A DNA stretch of 56,637 bases, the filler included, from Bipalium vagum (taxonomy: Eukaryota), in assembly GCA_037834085.1 (NCBI GenBank). It is 3 parts of 3 records of this genome, joined end to end, with 100 filler letters (N's around TTAATTAATTAA, not from the genome) between each part and the next. Parts side by side here need not be neighbours in the genome. Positions count along the whole stretch, not along the records: positions 37,971 to 56,637 come from JBBMKC010022917.1; 2 more parts are not named here. One strand, given 5' to 3'. The notes beneath the pieces were generated by a model. The model did no database searches, was not told the origin of the DNA, and saw nothing but the letters and a program-made list of their open reading frames with translations. The position numbers and the translations under genes are program-made. Shown piece after piece: positions 47,301-56,637 of this stretch; within the stretch, counting starts at the first letter, position 1, and every line of letters starts with the position of its first letter.

Positions 47301-50300
47301 TCTTTTACGAGATACTGTAAGATGTCCAAAATCTCCTCCAGCACCCAATTAGGATAAGAAATGGGGAGATAATAATAGATATAATAGATAGGTTTTTGTG
47401 TTGACAAACAATTTATTAATGTTAAAATATTTTAAATTAATAAAAAATTCTTAATATTTGGACTATTTTAAAATCTTTGACTGATAAAATTTGTCAGTAA
47501 TTATCATAAAAAACGTGATAAAATTTTGCGTGGAAAGAATAAAACATCAGTCTAGAACAATAGAATTGTAATTGAATAATTTCAGGCTTGAGTTTTAAAT
47601 AAAAAATGTAACTTGTTTTATTATTTATATTTTATGATACAAAATTTAAAATATAAGCTTTAAATATAATAATTTCTTAATTATATTTTTATTTTATTAT
47701 TATATATTTATATTATTTCTCTAGAATATCGTTTGTCCAAAACTGCATTTGGATCTATTAAACCTTTTCAAAATGAAACAGTATGTATCCAAACAAACTA
47801 ATATCAAAAAGGAAATGTATTTAATATTAATTGAATGATTTATTTTCACATAAAGTGAATAATTAATAAAATAATTTTTACACTTGTGAAAATTGCCATC
47901 TGGTTGTAGTTTCGCAAATTGACGACGAATGGTAAAAATATTAGAGGGAAATTAGCTGAACATCTCCGTACATTAAATATTCAATTTATTGTTGAAAGAA
48001 AACAAGGTAATCAATAATCTCGATGAGTTGATGAATCGTTGCATTAAAACAACGTTGCCAAGGATACGAAAACAAAATAGACTTAAAAGAAAAGAAATCC
48101 CAATTATAACTTTAATACAATTTCAAATTTCATTCTTATCTTAAATTGTATCGATTGATGTACATTTTAGTTTTACAATAATTACTAGAGGTTAGAAAAA
48201 AATGAATGAAATTTCTCTAAATGTAGCTTAATATTTTGAACAATTGTGTTGTTTTGAGTTAATTATCAAGACAATAAAATTAAATAATTTTTGAAAGAAA
48301 AACAATTTTTATAAAAAACATTATTGACGTTTTGACTATTTATTTTTTTTGTTTAATTTGTGGAAATTTTATAACGTCTTTCAAATTATAATTACAATAT
48401 ATATGATATGTTAATTGAATATTTAACGTTGACTACGCTCTAGGTCTTTACAGTATTTTACGCATCAAGTTTTACAAAATTGGTACTTAGCTGTCATTGT
48501 ACTTTGCTTTTCTCTTGGTATTGTATTAATACTTTCAATCAAAATATACCTATACCGATCATTAATTTTGGGTATATGATTTTGAAATATGCTGACAAGT
48601 TCGTTTTAAAACAAAAGTGTTGGTTAATATAATAATAATTAACATAAATAATTTTTCGTTTTCATTATTTTTTATTAACCAGGAAAAATATATATATTAG
48701 AAATAAATTGGATAATTCATAAAAGACTGATTTCTTTAAAAATTTAATTATTTCTATGAAAATCAGGGTTTTGTGCCAATAATGTTATTTTTTCATAAAA
48801 TGATCGGAAATTTTAAACAAATTAAATTAAGAAAAAGTGGATTTTCAATTCTTTATTTCGAAATTTTATCTAATTATCGATTAAGTTTCCCAAAGTTAAT
48901 TTTTTAACCTTTTTAATCATTATTATTTTAAATTATTTAATCATTCCAATTTAATATATGTTAATTTTAAATATTAAATATTTATTTTAATTTTATATTT
49001 ATTAAAAATTTTTATTATAATTTACATGATTTACATTATGATATCATAATTAATAATTCCTTAGGTTTCACTATAACACATTATAATTTAATCAAACTAT
49101 GATGTAAAATAATTATTATTCCTCAAATATTATCTATATTTAATAAGTTTATATGGAAATATGAATTACAGAAGTAAATTAATATTATGTTTTATTAAAA
49201 TAATTTTTAAATTTTAATAAATTTTTCCAATGAAATATTTTCATAAAAATAAAATCACTAAACAAATCTAAAAAGTAAAATACTATTTATATGTAAAAAA
49301 GGAATATTAAAAAAGTAACGGTTTTTTTAAGTTGAAATTAATTGAATAAACAATTTTTGTTGTTATTGTTACAATATTACTTGAAAATAAGTATTTTCAA
49401 TAAATATTGAGAAAATCATTATTATATTTTTCATTCTTATTTTAATTTTCTTATTATTATTGTATATTGATTAATCTTTATTTTTTAAAAATCATTTTAT
49501 TTACATTGCGTTCCTTCAATTTTATTGAAATTATCATTGGTTTATTTAGTTGAAAATGTACCAAAGAAAAAAAATGATTCCCGTCTAGCGGAATTAATTA
49601 TCGATTGGTTGGAATACTCAATTTTAGAGGATAATATGAAATTGTCTGATTTTGTGAATGAGGCAATTTCTATATTTTATCTTTCTTTCTCTTCATATAT
49701 TTAATAGAACTTGGTTTTCTTCTTGACTGCTTCCAATAGTCTAGTTCAAAGCAATGAAATGACTTCCCAAAATATATTCTCATTTTCATTTATCAATGAC
49801 TACTTTAAAGGATTTCTGTCCAATCAAAAAGTATAAAATATATTAGTTTGTTAATTTATCTGAACTTTATTATTGAACATCTACAGAACATTAACAAAAG
49901 AATTAAATGTCGACCTAGGAGTAAAGAACGGCCTCCTAAGAATTCTTCTGGTAGTAATAAAATAAAGTACCAGTCAAATGAAAGCATCGATAAAGATGAG
50001 AAAGACATAATCATGATCCAAAGTGATGAACCTAGTCCTCAGGATTGGAAATGTAATGAATGTAAAAAGTCCGATGATAGTGATACAAGACTGAGTATAA
50101 ATGGTTGCAAAAACAGTGTTGATGGTGGTAGTAGTGAAATTGAAAATTTTGTGGATGAAGAAATTCAAATTTGTTTGGAAGATGATAGTGTTAGCAATTC
50201 AATTAAGTCGAAGACCTCTTCGAAACCAGAACAGGAAAGTTGTGTGATTTCTGTAGATTCCACCGAAATTGTGGAGAATGATTTGAGTAAGATTTCAGTT

Positions 50301-53300
50301 GATTACCATGTAAGAGTTGTCTTGTTTTTTCATTGCTTGTGTCTAATTAATTTTATATTTACTTTTGTTTCCAATTGATTTCTATCTTAAACTATTATTA
50401 TTTTATTTTAATTATTATTATTATTATTAAAATTTTGATTTTTTTAATATTATTTTTAAAATCTGATTTTATACAAAATGATTTATGAATCTATATGAGT
50501 TTAAAGTAATTGTCAAGTGCAAAATGTGTCAGATATAATTATATTGAATAGGTATATTTAAACTTGTCCTGATGTGAGGGTCTTATTTGAGGGCTAGTCT
50601 AAATGAGACAAAACTATTTATTGAAAATATTAAACAGTGTATTTTCATTTTTCATTCTCATTTTACTAATCAAATTGAATGCTAATATTTTGTTTCACAA
50701 AAAGATTGGTAGAATCTAGGATTTTTGAAAAATGAAAATGAAATCATCTGTATAATCATTATAAAAACTCTGGAAAAATTATTTTAAATAATTTTTATAA
50801 TATTTTTTTATCGTAAATCTTGAATAAGCCGATATTATATATCAAGTGATTAATGATTTATTTATTTATAAGAAGCGAATTCTATTGTACTTTATTTCAT
50901 TTAATTGATCTCAAGTTGAAAATTAAAAATTAAAACATCGGTGTCATTTTAAGATAAAATCGGAATAAATGTTGGATCTTATCAGTGTATCTCTTAGAAA
51001 TAAATGACATGATAATTCGCTCTTTGTGGCTGGTAATTGAAATAGTTGACTTTTGGATCGCCCTTTTTCTTTATTCTATTTTTCAAATAAATTATATTTT
51101 ATATATATAGTGTGTATAGTGAGCAACATTTTTATTTTTTAAGTACACTAATGTCGAAAAAATGTCATATTGTCCGCTTTCATGTAATCTTTTTGTTTGA
51201 ACTTCTGACAGGTGATAATAGTTTGAAGTCTGATATTTATTCAACACATCTGAAGAGATTGCAGAAAATTATGACAAAATATATTTCTTTAATTAATTGG
51301 AAGTTTTATTCCAAGCGGATAACACAAAACCACATTCTATACGAATATCAGTGTGAATCCTAACAGTCTTGATGAAATTGAAATATTACCACATCACCCT
51401 TACTCGTCAGATGTCACAGCTTCTGATTCTCATTTTTTCTTAATCAATATCACGTTTTTTTCGAGAACGGTACTTTGAAAATGAAGAGACTTCACGAGAA
51501 AATGACCACATTTTTCTACTCAACACTTGTAGAATGGTTTAAAAGTGATATCCAAGACATTTCGGTATTGACACTTGTCTTTGAAAATAATGAATTTTAT
51601 ATTTGTTATTTTTTTCTTGTAAAATAAAAATTATCTTTGGAAAATTTTTATAAAAAAGCGTCATTTTTTATGGGACATCATAATAATTACTTCCATTAAT
51701 ATCCAGTTTTTATTAATCCGATACTCGTAAAATTTCAAAAAAAAATTACTTGAAAATTGTTTTATTTTAACTTTTATTATCTTATTTTTATTTTCGTTGA
51801 AATACTTTATTCTAATTTTTTTTGAAAAGATATTTATTTATATTTAAATGTTTTGATTATTTTTCGAACGATAGTTTATTAACTGTTTATTATAATTGTT
51901 ATATTGCTTTTGTTAAGAGACTTAATATCATCATTTTTCAATAATTCTTAAGCGTTGGAAGTCTTACCGTGAAAAGCTTATCATTAATAATAATTATCAA
52001 TTTATTTTATTAGAATTCAGCGTCAAATAAGTCAATCAATATTTCAAGAGTCAGCAGAATTTTGTTTGAAAAGATAGTCACAATGTTTTGTAAATTTGCC
52101 CCATTCTATTTCTTAATTAACATTTACTATGATGCTAATTTGTATTTTTATAATAAAAATATATGATTTTGTTGTCCCGTAAAATGTTCTGACTCTCACC
52201 ATAAATTTGAAATATGATTCATTTTATTTATTGCTGAAGAGAGATATTCTCATTTTCGATAACATGACAATGTATTGTTTCAACTCCTTTTTCTCCTTCA
52301 TCCAAGTAATCAACTTTAGGTCGATTAAAAATCCAAGTACTTGCAAAAGTGAATGGAAAATTCGTATGCGTTTCTCTACATATCAAATCAATTTTGGAGA
52401 TAATCAATCAAGGTATCCAAGACAGTGAAAGCCCTTCGGATTTGCTTTATTTAATTGGGCAAAGTAAACAATCTCGTTCTACAAATACATACGGTAGTGA
52501 ATCGACAAGCGGCCTGTCTTCATCATCAGTATCTGCTGCAAGCTCTATGTTACATGTCGACACTATTGCTAATACAGATGAATTCGTCTCCAACAGTTTA
52601 TTTTATGAAACGAAATGTGATGATCAAACAATCGCTTTCCAACAGTTGTTTAAGAAAGTGCAAAATAAAGTTTCCACTCTGGAAAGATTTGATAATTTGT
52701 CAGCCTCAAGATGTGCTGCTGGCTTGGTTAATGTTAATGATCAGTTAATAATAATAGGTAATCATTTTCATGGTATTTTATTTTTAATTTTTATTACTAT
52801 TAATAATAATTATTAATTTTTTTTATTTATTAATTACTAAAGAGAATTTTTTAATATTGATTTTATTTTTAAAAATTTTTTTTATTTCATAAAAAGCATC
52901 TTATAAAACTATAAATATTAATAGTTGTAACGCGTATTATTGAATGGATTAAGTGATATGAAAATTCGTTTAAAATGTGAAGTGATTTTAAGAATGAAAG
53001 AGGTAGTGTTTATAATGAATAGCTATTTTTGTAGATTCAATCAAATTAAAATGATTGATGAATATCCAGAAAACTTAGAAATAATTCATTAGAAATCGAT
53101 AAGTTCGAAGAAAATATTTTAAAATCATCATTGCCGAGTGCCTCATTTGAAATCGATAAATAATAAACCAGCCTTAAAGCATGCGTTAGTTTGTTGCTCC
53201 TTCTCCGAATGCACTGTTGATGTTACGACTGGCTTCCTCTCCTATATGGTCCAGTTAAAATTAGTTTAAGAAAATTGCACACAATTGCATCTTTCCATAG

Positions 53301-53753
53301 TATGTTCGATAATTATTAAACATATATTTAATTAAATTAAAAAATCAATTTACACAAATGACTCGTGCTTTAAAAGGACATGATAAACGCTTTAAAACAA
53401 AATGTAAATTGTTAAACTAATGTCTAATAAATGACTGACAAAAAAAGACATTATTTCTTGAACAATCTAATATTATCGATTACTTATTTCCGAATGATTA
53501 ATAAATTTCACTTACTTAAAACCATTTATTGATTTTCATTATAATTCTTATAATTTTGGCTTCATGTACTACGTATAATTGAAAATGTTAGACATGAAAA
53601 TTATTCGTTCTAAATCTTTGAAATAGAATGGGTTTATTGTTCACGTATTATTTTCTATTTATTAGCATTCTTGATAAAAATATAATTGAATTTAAAACTT
53701 GATTTTGTCTTATATATATTAGTAATTATATGAAAAAATTATATATTATATGA

Positions 53754-53799
<46 letters not shown>

Positions 53800-54051
53800 T
53801 GATAATTATTATTGATTAAAAAATGTCTGGAAATACTTAATTGCAATTGGTTAAGGTGGATTCAATAGAAGTGAGTGTCTGAATTCCGTAGAAATTTATC
53901 AGCCATTAATCAATAAATGGTCACCAACTACCTCTATGAAACTTTGTCGTGCCCGCCTAGTGGCATTGGTAGATCAGTCAGATAAAAACAATTCATATAT
54001 TTATGCTATTGGGGGATCTGATGGGCATAAAGAACTCTCAACTGTTGAAAG
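38371..54051 (+). CDS. IVNS1ABP: BTB-BACK-Kelch protein, influenza NS1A-binding protein (NS1-BP/KLHL39)-like; 3' part outside the window
   Basis: Phase-consistent exons 38371-38648, 38694-38818, 38865-38993, 49550-49662 (or 49653), 49708-49830, 49887-50309, 52014-52089, 52320-52757, 53856-54051. BTB (FCDVTLIVENKEFMAHKVILASSSDYF), BACK-like region, linker motif LAKVNGKFVCVSLH, Kelch SRCAAGLVNVNDQLIIIGGFNRSECLNSVEIY...MKLCRARL...YAIGGSDGH. This closely resembles NS1-BP GGYNREECLRTVECY...MRTPRARF. No stop reached. Confidence 0.85.
43421..43536. repeat. Perfect 46-bp inverted repeat with a 24-nt AT loop
   Basis: 43421-43466 is the exact reverse complement of 43491-43536. Confidence 0.95.
43490..44098 (+). 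mobile_element. 5'-truncated mariner relic in the large Kelch-gene intron
   Basis: RRHETALSLLARF / DFLHKIVTGDEKWIYYENPKRRKS* / KVVLCI**DYLGVVYCEFMKPGQTITSETY / ILLNDNAR. TIR-like end ...TTTCAATTTGTAGACCTAATA. Confidence 0.88.
51170..51685 (+). mobile_element. Mariner relic (C-terminal part and 3' TIR)
   Basis: LFELL...SDIYSTHLKRL, QADNTKPH, ILPHHPYSSDVTASDSHFF. TIR-like AAAAAAGCGTCATTTTTTATGGGACATCATAATA. Confidence 0.75.
53130..53300 (-). mobile_element. Mariner transposase N-terminal relic
   Basis: Minus strand MQLCAIFLN*F*LDHIGEEASRNINSAFGEGATN*RML*GWF, matching the mariner N-terminus (IRAIFL.EF..G....A.RNIN.AFG.G..NER....WF). Confidence 0.75.
53755..53797. repeat. (AAT)14 microsatellite
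   Basis: Visible directly. Confidence 0.9.
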
Positions 54052-54339
54052 GTACATTTCATTGTTATAACTGTTTTCAATGACTATATAGTGTCATATT
54101 CAATTAAATCTTGGTCATTGTTTCCCTTAGTGTAAAAGCCATAGGCAAATTATAATATTTGATGAAACCGATTTCCTTTTATTATTTTTTAAATTCAGTG
54201 AATCTGAAAATGAAAAAAATTGAATATGACTCTTTTTTACCTTTTATCCAGAGTTTTTCACTTGTATTGAAATTGCTGATACCGTTTAAGTGGCTAATCT
54301 CACCTAGCTTATTCTCATAGTCAATTTAATATAACGTAA

Positions 54340-55705
54340 TAGTGAAAAACCCTCTTAAAGTCACCTCGTTTTACAACCTGCTTCCGGTTAATATAATTTA
54401 TTTTTTAAATAATATTATTAAAAAATTAACCGCTTAATATGACAAATTTTGAATTTTATTTTTTTAACTTTTATAAAGAATGGATATTGTAACTGTGCAA
54501 TTGCAGGAAATATCAATCGAAAACAACAGCGTTTTAAGAATTTTACAAATGTCAATGTAGCTTTACATCGATGGTTTTTTGGACCACGTTGACTAATTTA
54601 TTTATTAGTGATAAAATTTTACGGATAAAAGCGGAAATTTGCAACTGCACTAGGAATTGATAAATTTTCTGCAACTATCGCTTGGCTAGATCGAAGCTAA
54701 AAAATAATAGTCTGTTACCTATAAAAGATTTCAAGGTGAAATGCCGATGCCGATTTCATTACTGGTGAACTTTGGATGTCACATGCTTATATTGAAGTAC
54801 TTAGAAGTTACAAACCCGAAGATTTCTACAATAAAGATGAGATACTCTTATACTTGATAATTAGTTGCTCAACACATCCACAACTAGACTTATCAAATCT
54901 TGAACTTTTTTCTGCTTCTAAATGTGACTGCTGCACCATTTGACAAGTGATAATCAGTTCTTTGAAAATTCATCGACACAATTATCCTTAAGCTTTTGAC
55001 AACATTGGAATCGACTAAACAGAATATTTGTGTAATTCATTTGAAAAAAAAACAGATAGATCTGGTTTTGTGTTTTCCATAACTGAAAGAATTCTTGAAG
55101 ATTATTACATGTATCAATAGTATTAATTTTTACACAAAGAAAAATGTATATAATGGTGAATATGTAATTTTAGCAAATGAAGATAATGATGGAAATGACT
55201 TTAACTTAAACTTCCATACCTTTGTTGATCTAGATCACGATTTCGAATGTATCGAATCTGTAAATGATAAAATAGTAATCTATAGTATTACAGAAAAAAT
55301 CTTAAAAGAGTAATGATAGTGACGAACATGAAAAAGCTGAATCAGAATTGATGATTATTATTATAGATTTCGCCATAATATCAATAGATATGATTCAATC
55401 CTTTTTGTCAAGGAATGTCATACAAAATTGGAAATACTTTAATCATTTGGAAACCCAGATTCAACGTATTATTTTAAATAATATATCAAAGGCTAGACAA
55501 TTAACGCTTGATACGCTTAACACTTAATAAACTATTTTATACGTTTTGTTGTTTTTTTATTGTTTAGCTTTATTATATTTTTTTAAATATTGTTAATATC
55601 AGGAAAATAATTATATAACTTTGGTTTCTCGTTATTATTATGACCTGGTTAAAATCCTGATTTCCCCTGTAACGGACGTCGTGATATTAAGCGGGTTGCA
55701 CTGTA
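54340..55705 (+). mobile_element. pogo/Tigger-like transposon relic in a Kelch-gene intron
   Basis: Fragments FSATIAWLDR (cf. FKAS.GWL.RF), LRSYKPEDFYNKDE (cf. Y..EDIFNADET) and FLLLNVTAA.PFDK*IISSLKIH (cf. FLPPN.T...QP.DQGII...K). Right TIR GTGATATTAAGCGGGTTGCACTG-TA; degenerate left TIR at ~54340. Confidence 0.8.
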
Positions 55706-56637
55706 TATAAATGAGTAAATTATCATTATTTGTCTCATTTTATTCCTTATTTATTTCCTTAATTTGCAGATTGAGAAAGTCAGCTAATAATTTACAGTAG
55801 TATATATGATTAAAAAATCGTCAATCAATAAATTTAGAAATGGATTTTATTATTTTTATGTCTAATTTTTGATTTTTAAAAAAAATAAATTGAATAATAA
55901 TAATAATGATAAATAATAATAATAAATAATAATAATAATAAAAGGAAATAGTATTCATAAATTCATTAAAGTTTTTCATAAATAGTAGTGGATTATCCAA
56001 CAGAGAAGAATAATCAAGAAAATTGAAAGATACTAAAAAAAGATGAATGGCTAATGCATAAATGAAATTGAACTTGCATTTAAAACAACAAAAAAGTCGA
56101 TAAAAGATTAAGTATTGTAATGTATTTTTAAAATCTTGTTAAGAAAAATACTTTAATTCTTGACAATTGAATTTGTTTTACTCCTTGGCTGTTATCAAGC
56201 TACGATAATGGAAATTTTTTGTACTTAAAGCTTGTGTTTTATGAAAGAAGCAAACTATAAATAGACAATTTGCAGAGGAAATAGTTTTATTTTATGAAAT
56301 ATTCTAATTATTAAGATTTTATTCATTAAATAGAGGCCAATATAGTATAAAAAACTATTCCCTAGTCCATCATTGTGTTCGTATTTGTATGAAATATGAA
56401 ATGGTTCGCAAAATGATTGAATCGAAATATATATAAAATTTAAAAATGACATATGAATAATTATAAAATTACTTTTTAATCAATTGTGGATTTATTAATA
56501 AAATAAAAATTTATTGATGTTTTAAATTATTTTATATAATTGAACTACACTATAAATCATAATTATTTTGACAGTCAATAAAATTGTGAAAAATGATTAT
56601 CTTACTATTTTTTAAAATATTAAAGTTGATAAAACAT

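Overview
AT-rich, intron-containing animal genomic DNA. The composition, the ~45-55 nt introns and the transposon content suggest a planarian flatworm, but that is inference. Two artificial 100-nt linkers (N44-TTAATTAATTAA-N44 at 18789-18888 and 37871-37970) split the window into three blocks whose adjacency is not guaranteed. Three host genes can be rebuilt exon by exon: (1) a complete 14-exon Mi-2/CHD3-4-5 chromatin remodeller (+, 1653-11905, ~1865 aa); (2) a 4-exon Ig-like protein with a signal peptide and probable GPI anchor (-, 30737-25501, ~401 aa); (3) a BTB-BACK-Kelch gene most similar to IVNS1ABP/NS1-BP (+, from 38371, running off the window). The most interesting accessory content is a decayed Polinton/Maverick (adintovirus-like) element at ~12550-17830. 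It carries remnants of a protein-primed DNA polymerase B, a double-jelly-roll major capsid protein, possible minor capsid genes and a giant-virus-style HNH endonuclease. A diverged relative of its terminal/regulatory region lies at ~34400-37430. The two share CCAAT+TATA promoters enclosed in inverted repeats whose sequence differs while the pairing is kept, plus a GC-rich stem-closed block next to a splice donor. The rest is relics of Tc1, mariner, maT-like, pogo/Tigger and hAT transposons and AT-rich satellites.
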